From contig NC_092676.1 in assembly GCF_964355755.1 (NCBI RefSeq), positions 4,999,888 through 5,063,887 of the forward strand: a stretch of 64,000 nt of DNA, in the 5' to 3' direction. Position numbers and translations under genes: made by a program. Source of the DNA: Antedon mediterranea. Lineage: Eukaryota; Animalia; Echinodermata. Of the stretch, positions 1 to 13,350 are shown piece after piece. A model generated the notes under the pieces. It ran no database searches and was not told the origin of the DNA. It was given only the letters and a program-made list of their open reading frames with translations. Every line of letters starts with the position of its first letter. The stretch's first letter is position 1.

Positions 1-3000
1 AGATAAAGACCAATTGTACGCAATCAAAGTGATGCATAAACAAGAGATGATCCTAAAAAATATGGTAGGGCAAGCAAAAGCTGAGAGAGACGCCATGGCG
101 TTATCTAAAAGCCCATTCGTTGTCCACATCTACTACTCCATACAGACAGACAAAAACATCTACCTGGTTAGTATTCATGTTGTTCATTAATAACCTAAAG
201 CTGGGCTACCTTGTCAACTCAAATGAAAGAATAGTTGCGATAAGAGTGCTTATGTTGAACAATGTAACAGAACTGAAAGGAACCAGTGTGCGAGCGCTTA
301 TGTCAGTTGAGTTCCGTGTCAACATAAGGCGGGATTTCCCTTAATAATAATAATATCCTGGATTTATATAGCGCCTAACGTTGTAAAACCTCTAAGCGCT
401 GAACATTATTACCCCAGTCAAACACATGGAAACATACTCCCATAATGCAGCGAGTAATCATCATCGCAAAGTTGTGTCTTGATCTAACCGGGTTCCCATT
501 TATACACCTTGGTGGAGAGAGGCAAACGTAAGTAAAGTATCTTGCCTAAGGATACAAGCAAAGCGCGAGTATTGGATTTGAACACATTGCGCCACACGCC
601 CTTAATTGAATAAAATGTGGTATAGGAGAGGTTTAAGTCGTTTCCCTTTAAGCTTAAGTGTGATTATTGGTGAATGCGGTCACTGGTGTTCAATTAAATG
701 TATCCAATTACAGATAAGAGGTCCTAATTTAAAATTTAAATGAAATATCGGGATACGTGTGCTCTTTTGAAGGTGATGGAATACATGATTGGGGGCGATG
801 TCAAGTCTTTGATCCACATGTGCGGCTACTTTGATGAAGAAATGGCAGTCATGTACACTGCCGAGGTTTGTCTGGCACTAGAGTATCTACATAAAAGAGG
901 AATCATTCATAGGTATTTATTTCAATCTAGCTTTGTTCTATTAGAACTTTTTTTCCTGAATTAGCATTGACTAATATTAATAATAATAATTTATTAAGCT
1001 ATGTCTACACTGTCAAACTTTATGTGACAAAAAAATGTGATGTGCCCATATATGGACATGATGATGTAAAATCACTACCATATTTAGGCAAATCACTACC
1101 ATATTTGGACACATCACACTTTTTTGTCAAACTAGTTTGATAGTGTAGACATAGCTTTTGTAACGGTAGTCTTGTCGAGGACCAACCCAATAATGATGGC
1201 ACAAATTTATTCAATGTACAAAATATAATATTTATTCAGTAATGCTCTGTCTACCCTATCAAACTAGTTTGACAAAAAAGTGTGATGTGCCCAAATATAG
1301 TAGTGATATGCTTAAATATGGTAGTGATATGACATCATCATGTCCATATATGGGCACGTCACATTTTTTTGTCACATAAAGTTTGATAGTGTAGACAAGG
1401 CTTAAGATTATAAAACAATGTGAAAATGTAGTGATTCCATGATGTTATAGTCTCAAGAATCAATACCCAAACTAACTAACTTAACTACAAAACATATTAA
1501 GGGGACAGGATGGATGTCTAATTAAATGGTACCACATACTGATTAACTTTCCTTGGAAGACCCACCTCAGGAATGTAGTGTTCCAAGTTAAGTAGGCATC
1601 GGGGAGAGTAAGGGGTGAATAGCCTGTGTGTGACTAAATAGGGTTTGGTCCCACCAGGTTACAACTTTATAATTTGTTTTTCAGAGACATAAAACCGGAT
1701 AACATGTTAATAAGCGCAACTGGTCACATAAAACTCACCGATTTTGGTTTATCCACTATAAACCTCCAAAGAAGTAAGTCAATGTAATTGTGTTATAAAA
1801 TTTGTATGCAAAGAAGACAGCATTTAATAACTAATAATAGTATGCCATACTTTTTTTCCATCTGGTGATTTTAAAAATGTCTCTAAAAAAGTTGTAGTAA
1901 GAAATGCGCTATTTTGACGGCTAGACAAGGAACATTCAATCCAGCCGAAAAACATTTCACTACAATACTCAGCCTTCTGTTATCATATTAGTTTTTCTTC
2001 TTCACAGACCTTCCAGATGTTTTGTATCTGTTATCCTAATACTTTGTCTTCTTCACAGACCTTTCAGCATCTGACCTCCAAACACCTGGTGCCATGAACA
2101 CTAAGCCACCAACTCATTTTTATAGGACCCCAGGTCAAATTATGTCACTGACAACTAATTTAGCATTTGTAAGTAAAGAGGTTAAGTACAGCAGAAATAT
2201 ATCTTTTAACACTAAATCCTACCCAAGATGACAGTTGTGGGAGTCATGAAGGTGTCCCTAATAGCCTACTGGGGGGAAACTAATTTAAAATTTAATTCAA
2301 TTATTTATTTAATGTGTCTTTTTTCGCTGTTTATTCCTTATTTTTCTTTTTTACAGCAATCGCCAATCTTATCAGATGTAACGAACAAGAAAGACAATTC
2401 TGAAACACCAGCAGTTGCTAAAGCATCCACCGGTGGTCACCAGTTGACATGCACTCCGTTAACTAGCAGTATGAAATCAGGTGTCCGAAATATAAACAAT
2501 AAAACAGTACCATCACTGTCAGTAGAAGGGACAAATAGGCTTGCTGTAGAAACGACAAATAGCCCTGCAGTAGAAAAGACAAATAGTCCTACAGTAGAAA
2601 GGACAAATAGCCCTACAGTAGAAAGGACAAATAGTCTTGCAATAGAAAGGACTAATAGCCAAAGTGATCTAGCTAATTTGGAAATACCTGCCAAATCGGC
2701 TAGAGGCATCTCACCCGAAATTACTAACGATTACCTGAAGATCAGTCGGCAGATTCAGTCGACTCCTCTGTCAGGAACACATGGTATCAAAAGAAAACGA
2801 ATTCCAGCCAATTCAGATTCTTCTTCTGTTGACGGAATAGAATCCATCGAACCGTCAAAGAGCTCTGGATTAACGCAGATCCTTAATGTCGTTAACATTC
2901 ACGGTACACCTGTATGTCCACGTTTCCGGTTACAGAAACTCCCGAAGATCCGGCGACTGGATAGTGACAATTGCGAAGCATTCAATTCAAGTTTTGAATT

Positions 3001-6000
3001 TGAGGAAACCTCACCAGCTAATACATCAGACCTTAGTGACATGGATGGCAACTCGTTTCAAGAGGCATGCAGTGAAAAGAATGGCTGTTCTGAGGTTGAC
3101 AGAGGGGAGACATCGAAGGTGGATGTCAAACAAGTGTCTTCATGTTCAGAACTCACAGATGATGTACTTAGGAAAGACGGTACTTTATATTGTTTAAGTG
3201 ACGTTTCCGGAGTTCTAAGTCCAAATCCAGTGACTGTCGGTTTCTGTAGGAATGTACGAGTGCACGAAATATCAAGAGCAAGCAGCGACATCTCCATGAA
3301 CCTGTTTCACTCTTTTGACGACAGTCCAGAATCTAGTCTGGATAAACAGAGTAGACTGCCACAGTTGGAATCCACTCCGTCTTTGCCATCAAAAAAGGGT
3401 GCCAGGTGCCAACAAAGAGATGGCGGAGTACAGTCACCATTAAAGATTGATTCATGTGAATGGCAGTCCAAATCAAACATGACGATTGAATCTTCTATGG
3501 ACTCAAGTTATGCTTTTAAAACACCTGCACAGAACCGGCTCTCAAAAACACCATATAAGGTAAAGTGATGTCCAGCATTTTCAATGATGAGACAAGAGAT
3601 TAACAAATTTCGTTCTGTTTTTTATCGGAATTCAAGAACTCTTTTCAGAAATATCTAATTGTTTTTCAGACACCATCAATTCCAAAAACCTCATCATGGA
3701 CTCCAAAAACTCCCTACAGGACACCCAAAAGTTGCAGAAAAGGTGTCAGTGTCGAAAAACGTATTCTTGGAACGCCAGATTATCTTGCTCCCGAGATTCT
3801 AAATCGGCAAAACCATGGTTAGTCGGGATCATGTTTAAATTAGTCTACTGCAGTAACTACATTTCTACTGCAGTTACTTCAGTAACTTTCATATGGTTTT
3901 AGTTTGTTTTAATGTAAAAGTTTATAATGAAGTAGTTATTGCAAAAGATTGCTAAATAAAAATTTGCATGAAAAAGTTAAATAGTTTATCAAAATGTAAT
4001 TACTGCAGTAACTGAAGTAAAATCATTTTGACGTGTTTCTCCAATCAGATGTGCCATTTTGAAGCCCCGCCTCTTGTCACACATTACTACACTTACATAC
4101 ACCAAACAATTGCATTGCTATTCTCAAAATACTCATCATCAGCCGTTATCAGTCCACTGCTGGACGAAAGCCTCAGCATGTTTCTGCCATAGTGAACGAT
4201 CTCTAGCTGCTCCCTGCCACTGCACTGTACCCCAATACTTGTCTATTTCATCTCGCCATCTCACTCTTTGTCTTCCTCTATTTCTGCTCCCATCCCTCAA
4301 AACACTACAAAATAGCAAATTACTTAGCCAATTGCTATTCTGAAAATACAAAGTTACTAAATTTAACTAAAGTTAATATACTTTGCTAACATTTTTCTCA
4401 GGTGCGGAGGTAGATTGGTGGGCCCTTGGTGTGTGCCTCTTTGAGTTCCTCACAGGCGTTCCACCGTTCAATGACCAAACACCCCAGCTCATTTTTAAGA
4501 ACATCCTTAATAGAGGTAAGTACTTAATACACACAAATTCAAAAAATGTAATGAGGTATGGAAATTTACATTTTGCATACAGCAAAACCGCTATTAAAGC
4601 CAATTTATTCCATAGATGATTGGTAATGGTAATAAAAATATATAATCTATGTTATTCCTTATGACTATTTACACACAACATGGACCAGACCGGCAGTTTT
4701 TGCTCAGGATTTTTTTATTTTTTTATTTTATTCAATTTCCAGGTAACATACAAAAATCGCCTTCAACACACAATTTAGAAACCGTTTTAATGACTTGTTA
4801 ATAGCTATATTATGTTGTTTTTGATGTGGATCCCAAACAGGAGCACCATATTCAATATTCAGGTCGACATAGTGCATTAAAAAGTCGTAGTAAAATTTCG
4901 GTGTCATTGAAACCTACAAACCGTTTGATAAACCCAGGCATTCTCATAGATTTCATCGATACATCATTAACGTGAGCAGACCATGTTAAATCACGTGAGA
5001 AGTTTACCAAGATATTTATGTGAATTAACAGCTTCAAGGGGATAGATAAAGGTTCTACGTGGGACAACTATGAGGTGTTCCGCTTACCGTTACCGCTTGT
5101 GTAATTTGGCCTTTGACCCAACAAAGTGTCCCTTAATATAGGTGTCCTCGTTAAGGATTGAATGTAGTGTTAAAAAATATATTTCTTCACTGGATGGAAG
5201 TCTCCTGAATAGGGGCGTCTAAAAGGAGGGAAGAGCAAAAAAGAAACTTAAGCTCTGTGTACACTATCAAACTCTATGTGACAAAAAAATGTGATGTGCC
5301 CTTATATGGACATGATGATGTTATATCACTACCATATTTGGGCACATCCCTACCATATTTGGGCACATCAAACTTTTGTTGTCAAATTAAGTTTGGTAGT
5401 GTAGACAGATACAGTAAAATAATATCAATGATAGTAACTGTATCTATATATAAATTTACGTAAGGGCAAAATTCGGTAAATCGCGCCTTACTTCTAGAAT
5501 TTTTACTCGATGGTATATAAAGTTGGTTCGTACTTTCGGTACTGATTTTAACCGCCTGATGTAACCCTGTTTACTAATTAAATTGAGTTAGATAATTAGT
5601 TATTGACGATTAAAACGAATTTAGGTTCAACGATTTGCCCCAAATAGGGGTGTTTTCCGATCGTGGTATACACTGTCTAATGGATGTCCAACTTGAAAAA
5701 TACCCGCACACAATAATACGAGGACGCTTCGCATTTTCCTATCTCCTCCTACGATAATTGTTTTTAATAGCTGAAAACCGGTTGAACTGCTCGAGTACAG
5801 CATCATAATGTTGAAGACAGGCCGATTTTCTTTAAAAAATACTATTTTGATAGATTTAATTTACGTTTTTACAAATGTATTGATTTGCGTTGAATGGAAC
5901 ATTCCAATCTCTCAGTCTGCCAGTTTGGTTTAACACAAGTAGGTAAATTTATGAGCCCTTGGAGAATAAACTTGCAATACTTTGACAATACTACGAAAGC

Positions 6001-8554
6001 CCATTAATGCCATTTTAAGTATATGTTTTTCGAACGTAATCCGTTATAACGAATTAGTAATTCGTTTGAACAGATTAATAATTCGTTTGAACGGATTAAT
6101 AATCTGTTAATTACTAATTTGTTTAAATGGATTACTAATTTGTTCAAACGGATTACTAATCCGTTCAAACGAATTACTAATTTGTTTAAACGGATTACCA
6201 ATTCGTTCAAACGAATTACTAATTTGTTTAAACGGATTAGTAATCCGTTCAAACGAATTACTAATTCATTCAAACGAATTAGTAATCCGTTTAAACGAAT
6301 TAATAATTTGTTTAAACAAATTAATAATTTGTTTAATTTGTTTAAACGGATTATTAATCTGTTTGAACAAATTAGTAATTCGTTTGAACGAATTAGTAAT
6401 CCGTTTAAACAAATTATTAATTTGTTTAAACAAATTAATAATTTGTTCAAACGGATTACTAATTCGTTAGAACGAATTATTAATTCGTTTAAACAAATTA
6501 GTAATTCGTTTGAACGAATTAGTAATTCGTTTGAACAAATTAGTAATCCGTTTAAACGGATTAGTAATTCGTTTGAACGGATTAGTAATCCGTTTAAACG
6601 AATTACAACATATACTTTAAATGGCACTTGTTGTATATGTTGCAATTCGTTTGAACGGATTACTAATTCGTTTGAACAGATTATTAATCCGTTCAAACGA
6701 ATTACTAATTCGTTAGAACGGATTACGTTCGAAAAACATATACTTCAAATGGCATTAATGGGCTTTCGTACAATACAGTACTGCAAATACCTATTAACCA
6801 TTTTTGGTCGTCATTTGAATCGAACATTTGTTACTGTGAATAGATGTAAAAAAAATATAATACAAACATTTCTTACTGTGAATACTGTTAGATGTAAAAA
6901 AATATATACAAATAAACTTTATTACTGTGATTATGGGTAGGCTCTACTGTTAGATATATAAACACGTAATATACAAATAAACTTTATTACTGACAGTTGC
7001 TTCTCAATGTTTGTATTAATTAATAATTACAAAAAAAATGTCGTAGTGGTGTATCGTTACATGTACTTTACTATTTCAATCGACTATGACAGTAACAGTT
7101 TTAACAAAGTATTAAATCGCAAATGTTTTACTATATTTAGTCACCGTTAATAGTGGTATATTATTTATAGGCCTATAAAAAATGAAAACAATATTTCGTT
7201 ACTGACGTGGATAAAGAATATATTTAAAAATGGTTCCTCTTTGTACCTATCCTCTTTCCCATCCCTCAACCATAATTGGGTTTCTTTAAATGAATAAACA
7301 ATTTGGACTCATTTTGTGGTAAGTTTCTCTTTCGGAAGTAATTCCCAGGGTGCTAATTTTGGTTGACTACATAAATCATTGTGTCTACTTATTCGTTTCT
7401 GTAAACGACAATGTATTATAGTCCTGCGGTACGTGCATTTGAAATCGCCAGATTTTTTACCCTGAAATTACTGTGTATTCGAGAACCATCTGTGGGCACG
7501 ACCTAGATGGTACGCGAGCGAAGCGAGCGTACCATCTAGTCTGAATAAAGTAAATTAATTAGAAAATTGTTCATATTATTATTTGTGCAGACATTCCCTG
7601 GCCAGAGGAGGATGATGAATGCCTATCAGAAGAAGCCATCGATGTAATTAGTAAACTGTTAACAATGGACCCGTCAAACAGAGTCAAAGCATCTGGTATG
7701 TTCAATATTATTTTCATAGGTCACAAAAAAAGGTCATTTGGTATGTACTGTATGTTCAGTTGCTTTGATATGGGTCACAAGCTCACAAAAGGAGGTCAAG
7801 ATTATACTCAGATGTTGTCATGAATTATTTTGGGCTCGGGTTTACTTCTCATCTTAAAATAAACAAAAACATATAACTGATCATAGGAAGAGCTAAAAGG
7901 TAGTTAAAACTAATCAAGTCCAGCACCATTCATTGGATTGTTTCAAAAATAGGTCTTAATAGCAGTCTTTTGTTTTCACCATGCACTACTAGACTACGCA
8001 TCTATTGAGTCATAAAGTCATTCTGTGCACGCTCATAACTAAACAAGACGTTTAGACTCAATAGCTGAATATTCATTTGGCTCAACATTAAAACCGATCA
8101 ATTTTTTTTATTACTGAAGTTTATAATTATTTTGTATTTATGTTCTTGTAGATTTACGGCAACATGCTTTTTTTTCTAACATTGAATGGAATTGTGTTCA
8201 AGATTTGTCGCCATCTTTTATTCCGAATCCCGACGATGAAACGGATACCACTTATTTTGATGGTAATCTTCTTTTTTTTTCTTTTTTTTTTTCTTCATTC
8301 AAGTATGTAATTGTATTTATGGTATAGATAAAATCAATAGACTTTTCCCCAAAAAACTTATTGTTTAACCCTAACCCACCCCCTTCCTTGGCTAAATTTC
8401 TTAAGATCTGTATTGCCGAAGTTTCCATTATGACTCTAAAATTACAAAAATTTACACAATATAACACTGCGTTTTGAAGAACATATTTTATGTAAATTTT
8501 TTTTTAGCTCGTAACAACATGCAACATCTGCTGATGTCTTCATTTAGCATGTAA
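1..8554 (+). CDS. MASTL: Greatwall / MASTL serine-threonine kinase (10 exons in window; 5' end upstream of window)
   Basis: Exons <1-166, 773-912, 1685-1773, 2059-2168, 2357-3559, 3670-3817, 4402-4515, 7591-7695, 8152-8262, 8508-8554, all GT-AG and phase-compatible. Translation: [63 protein letters not shown], long non-conserved middle insert, [61 protein letters not shown] long insert splitting the kinase domain is the Greatwall hallmark. Confidence 0.97.
342..601 (-). mobile_element. SINE-like remnant in MASTL intron
   Basis: (TAA)n tract followed by CCATTTATACACC..GGTGGAGAGAGGCA..GTAAAGTATCTTGCC, resembling a common invertebrate SINE body. Recognised from memory, not aligned. Confidence 0.5.
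997..1156. mobile_element. ~140-160 bp MITE (PIF/Harbinger-like), multi-copy in window
   Basis: TIRs AGCT(A/C)TGTCTACACT(A/G)TCAAAC...GTTTGATAGTGTAGAC(A)(T/G)AGCT, usually in TAA/TTA context. Further copies at about 1243-1402, 5251-5410, 10354-10465, 12650-12920 (interrupted), 17080-17212, 51736-51877, 57026-57094, 57665-57803, 59802-59943, 60415-60560. Confidence 0.85.
2522..2662 (+). repeat. 24-bp coding tandem repeat in the MASTL middle region
   Basis: Six units of GTAGAAAGGACAAATAGCCCTACA-like sequence encoding [47 protein letters not shown]. Confidence 0.9.
4133..4300 (-). mobile_element. RTE-type LINE 3' end fragment
   Basis: Minus strand reads [33 protein letters not shown], a typical RTE ORF C-terminus, followed by a short (TGA)n tail. 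Confidence 0.75.
4760..5000 (-). mobile_element. CR1/L2-type LINE fragment (post-RT region)
   Basis: Minus strand [34 protein letters not shown], the region following RT in CR1/L2 ORF2. Confidence 0.65.
5443..7539 (+). mobile_element. Non-autonomous Helitron in MASTL intron
   Basis: Starts TC after A (5442) and ends CTAG before T (7540). Terminal hairpin CTAGATGGTACGC..GCGTACCATCTAG, no TSD. A related copy lies in opposite orientation at 52831-53759, with fragments near 40320-40580 and 41930-42200. Confidence 0.8.
5992..6770. mobile_element. TIR element with internal 21-bp satellite, 6-bp TSD (IS3EU-like), nested in the Helitron
   Basis: ~55-bp TIRs TACGAAAGCCCATTAATGCCATTT.../...AAATGGCATTAATGGGCTTTCGTA. 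TSD CAATAC at 5986-5991 and 6771-6776. Interior is about 30 units of ATTAGTAATTCGTTTGAACGA-like 21-mers. Confidence 0.85.
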
Positions 8555-10621
8555 ACGGAGCGACCACCAGTACCAGAAAAGGGTCATAGATATTGAATCT
8601 TGATGACTTGGTGTTACGCAATACATACATGAAGGTTTTATCATATAAAAAAAATAAACATAAAAACTACAAACACAAAAAAACAACAATGTTATGTTAA
8701 TGAAAACAACAATGTTATTTGAACCATTTGCAATGTGCTAAAAAATTATCACACGGTACTAAAAATATGTATACAGTACGCACAAATATAGTTAAAAATT
8801 ATATAAGAAAACCATTAACATTTTTAGCCTCACCAGCCCAGATAAAAAAAAAAACTTACATTTGCTCAACATGCTGGAAAAAAAATGTAGCTAAATTAAT
8901 TTAAATCCATATAATAGTGACCTTTCTTTTTCACAATTTACCATATGACTGTCGAGTCAAAGTCATCCTGCACACACTTGGAAGGATATGCGTGTGTGTA
9001 GAATGACTGTTAGACTCAATAGCCGCATAGTCATAGAAGATTTTATAACGCACCAATTCAAACATTATTTAATGGAGTAAATGCAGTAAACAGATTAACC
9101 TTTTGGAATTGAAGAGTTGATTAATTTTAAATAAGTTTACCTTTGCAAATTGTTGAACAGAGATAAAAAGAGGTACAAATATTCCAAAAGTGAGGTGTCT
9201 CAATAAAGAGAAAAATAATCTTAGAATAGAAAATGTTGAGACCCATCTCGTATTTCAATTTGGTGAAAGTTGAAAGGTCACCCATGTCGTAAATATTATG
9301 TTTATACTACAGTTTAGTTTACATTGGTTCTAGAAAAGGCTGTAAAAATTATTTGTATTTTATTTCAATTTGGTGAAAGTTAAAAGGTCACATTGTATGA
9401 AAATATAACCTTTCATCTTTGACCTCTTGAAAGTATTTGTACCATCGCACTCATAAACCTTCATTATTTCTATATTACAGGTATATATTATCTTATTCTA
9501 CAAAAAATAGTGAAATCATAATTTTACTCTGTTGCTATCTTACGATCGATTTAAACAAAAAAATTCAGGGTAGGTAAGGGTGCATCCACATGTGGAAATG
9601 ACATCTAAAAATAAATAATAAAGTGAAAAAGTATGCATATTGGTAATTTTGAGATCATAAACCAAAATCTTCTCAATTTAGTTGACAACCATGTTAAAAT
9701 TATTCCCAATAAAGGTTTTATTTAATTATGAAAGATGAAAAATTACACATTTTTTTATTTTGATGAATTGATTTATATAAGCAATGTATTACCAAGAAAT
9801 TATTTGTTATTGTGTATATCAAGTATACTCTGTATATAAAGCAATATAATGATTTGAAATTTAGTAGTTTATTTAGTTCAAACAAAATAGTTTGACATTT
9901 TAACACAATGTAAATGAAAAAATGTTGTCAATTTTGGTTGGTTTGTTTATTTAATTAATGTTAATAATGATATAAAAATACCATAAACATAATAAATTAC
10001 CTTAACAATAATTATGGAAATTTACTAATATAAAATTTGCTTATAAACTTAAAAATTAATATAGAAAACATTTTTATTGACTATAGGTTCCATTAAAAAA
10101 AATTTTCTTGAATGAAATATCCTGTGAAACTTTCAAAACACTATTACTGCCATTTTTTTTTACTAAATCAGAAGCAAAAATAAAAAACACTTCCACACAT
10201 CAATATTTTGCAAGATCTGTTGTATTCAACCAGCCTTTTTTAAGGCTATTTTATTTTGTATTTTTGTCAAGTAGTTTGATAGTGTAGACAGAGCTTTATT
10301 TTCTGAATCTAAGCTTAAATCGTGGATACCAATGGTTTCCCTTACTTTTCTAAAGCTCTGTTTACACTATCAAATAGTTTGACAAAAAAATATGATGCAA
10401 TGTGCCCAAATATGGTAGTGATGTGACATCACATCATCAAATAAAGTTTGATGGTGTAGACAGCTTTAATGTTTCCTTTAACCTCATCTATAACAAAAAC
10501 TACAATGTGCAGACTACAAACCAGACCAAAGTTCTATGTAGTTTTCCATATAATCTTGGATATAAGAGCTGGCATAAGAGCTGTTTTAAAACTAATTTTA
10601 ATATAAATTATTATTTTCGCA

Positions 10622-12452
10622 TCACGACCTCCAAAAATACAAATCTTGCGACAGTTTTCTTTGAAAATTTTCAAACCATTTCTGAATGACATCGGTTGGA
10701 ATAAATGTTGCGTTCGGCTGTGGTACCATTTGGCCTTGCGTTATTGCAAATGAAGACGCATAATTGAAAAAACTCTCAAGCATTTTTTGGCTGAACTCTC
10801 GAAAGGACTCCACCTTGGAAGCCTAGTGTATAAAGAAAAACATTTTTTTTTTAAGTAAAACAATATTAGGCATGCTGGGTAATTTGTAGAGGGGTTGTTT
10901 TCATTTTTTAAAAAGGGTTTATGAAAATAAATGCTCTGCTGTATCAAATATTCTGCAAGTTGGACTTAGGCAAAAAGCCCATTTCTCAACTCCACCATAC
11001 AGGCCTTAGATTGTAGGTCAAACGTAAGCTTGGAGGACGACTACATGACCATGTACAGTTGAAAATACTTGAGCCCCAATTTCCTGCTTTTTACACTTTT
11101 AAGGACCACGTGACATCCATATTGTGTATTTGAGTACAGTAGACACAATCCTGGTTTCAATTCTTAAGATCAAATCTAGTGTCCTGGGGTCAAATCCAGG
11201 GTCATCCTGGGATAAAATCCAGGGTCATCCTGGGTTCAAATCCAGGGTGCTGGGATAAAATCCAGGGTCCTGGGAATAAATCCATGGTGCTGGGTTCATA
11301 TCTAGGGTTAAAATCGGTTGCATGTTTGTTGAAATATTAGTACTGTGCACTGCTCTACCTGTGTGTTAACGGCTGGGGTTCGTTGTGATATTTCATTCAT
11401 ATTCTCAACAGAGATCCCAATTTGGGCTTCTGTCATTGGTCCACTCATTAAGTTTGCTCCGAAACCACCAACTGCAGAAGTTTCTATAAAAAAAATATGA
11501 ACAATTAAATATATATATATATGATACGGCAATATGTTAAAGAAGGCGTAAGTTTGTTTCATTGCCTCGTCCTTCAGATGGGACCACGCACGCTCGTTCT
11601 GTTTGTGCATAATAACATTTAATTAGAACTACTAGTACCTGGTTTAGCTTTACAGATCTTAAATATAGCGCTTGGTTTATCATTTGAGATGTGGCCCAAG
11701 TACTGCCATGATAACCCAGATGTCGTTGGCCAACCGAAGTAAACAGCGCCACCAAGTCCATCTGGAAACGGCACCGTGCCAAGCATAAAAATCACAACGT
11801 GGCCTATGTTGTCTGTATCAACCAGATTGAAAATAAAGTGCGTCTCGTCTACTTGTTGTGGTTCCCCTTGAACCTGCAAGTATAAATCCTGTAACTGTAT
11901 ATTTTATGCATTATGTTTACACGTCATAATCCAGCTCGCAATAGGACACACTGATCCAACACGCAATAATTAATAAGATAAGTTAAAGTCATTAATAATT
12001 AATTATCCAAGCAAACAAGATTTTTAGTTGTTTTTAAAAACTAAACAACAGCCCCCCCCCCCCCCCCCTTCATCAGGAACAGCCTATCAAAGTTTAAAAA
12101 AATGGCAGGATATGATATGTCATAACTAAAAACAGTGTGCTTTTTCTTGGGGTAGCATAATCCCTTGAATGAAATATTCTAGAGTATTCACCATAACTCC
12201 CTACTCTGGCATCCCTCTGATCCAGGTATACCGACCGGTGCTAGGCCTATTATTACTATTAGGCCTAGGCTATATTAGTTTAGCCCAGCCTAGCTACTTC
12301 TAAGTTCTAGGCCTAAGAAGTAGTAGAGTACTAAAACTAGGCCTAGGCTAGGATAAAAAAGAATGAATGAATCATTGGTTTAATAGTCTATCAACACACG
12401 CTAATTTAAATCGTATACTTACTAAGCGCCCTGCTACTAAACATCCAAACAT
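10622..12452 (-). CDS. HIKESHI: Hikeshi (OPI10 family, Hsp70 nuclear import carrier), 4 exons
   Basis: Exons 12452-12423 (MFGCLVAGRL), 11873-11639 (VQGEPQQVDETHF..HVVIFMLGTVPFPDGLGGAVYF..WQYLGHISNDKPSAIFKI), 11483-11359 (AQIGISVE), 10822-10622 (QKMLESFFNYASSF..QKWFENFQRKL..FWRS*). All GT-AG and in phase. Confidence 0.96.
11180..11310. repeat. ~20-bp minisatellite in Hikeshi intron
   Basis: About six imperfect units of TCCTGGG(T/A)T(C/A)AAATCCAGGG. Confidence 0.8.
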
Positions 12453-13255
12453 TGTCGTTATGCTTTTAATTAGTTAAAATTATATTTAAAATACACGATC
12501 GAACCATGGAGGTATGCAATCATCTCAGCTCTACTACTAACATTCTCCACGATACGCTTCAATGCATTTAGAAATACACATTCGTTCGGACATGGTATGG
12601 TACGCCAAAAGATTGGATCGGAAAAAAGAATTGTTTACATGTATAGATTTATAGGCCTTTATCAAACTTTATGTGACAAAAAGTGTGATGTGCCCAAATA
12701 ATGGCAGTGATATACAGTATTATGTTTTGTTGGGTCTTTCTGAGACAGGCCTTGGCCTCTAAGTCTGATCCAAATTAATGAAATCTTTATTTGTTTATAT
12801 TGTTTACATTGTTTTAAGTTAATTTTCATTAATTGAATAAATGTGAAATGAATTAATGAAATGAAATATGGTAGTGATATATGACATTATCATGTCCATA
12901 TATGGGCACATCACATTTATTTTGTGTGTGTTTTTTTTTTAGTATCCATTTAGGTGTATGAAAGGGGCTAATTTTACTTGATTCTGGTAGGCAGGGTGTA
13001 AACTTACCCCAAAAAGGTGAGCTTGGGTGGAGTGGGAAAAGGTAATTTTATATGCCAAAAGTCATTGACCCCTAAAATCAATAAAATGAGAGGAAATTTA
13101 ATTTTAACCTAGACAATGTAGTTTATATTATTTTTTGTCATGATGCTTTTGTGAGCTGTCAGAATAAATGAAATACATAGCACTGTTTAGTATATTTCAC
13201 GTTTGTTTTTTTTTTGTTTTTTGTGTAAGCTATAGTGAAACTCTCTCAAAGATAA

Positions 13256-13350
13256 TTATATGGTCTTACCACGTTGGAACACCGGTTCTCATCTGATCAC
13301 CGGAGCTGCTTCCTTAGATGGGAGATCATCTGGTCACATATCGGGTGCAT
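13256..13350 (+). pseudogene. Degenerate 5S rRNA copy / 5S-derived SINE head
   Basis: GGTCTTACCACGTTGGAACACCGGTTCTCATCTGATCACCGGAG..AGATGGGAGATCATCTGG..ATATCGGGTGC resembles invertebrate 5S rRNA with a central deletion and many substitutions. Confidence 0.7.

Noticed and set aside
2228-2356. N-terminal part of the 446-aa ORF (hydrophobic, signal-like)
   Set aside because: Intron sequence (polypyrimidine tract) upstream of the true MASTL acceptor at 2356.
6004-6940. ORFs 6004-6696 (-) and 6119-6940 (+) with Leu/Ile/Asn periodicity, superficially LRR- or coiled-coil-like; also superficially CRISPR-like
   Set aside because: They are translations of a 21-bp satellite inside a TIR element in an intron. 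They are open on both strands and have no unique spacers.
13256-13350. Functional 5S rRNA gene
   Set aside because: Central deletion and many substitutions in a single isolated copy.
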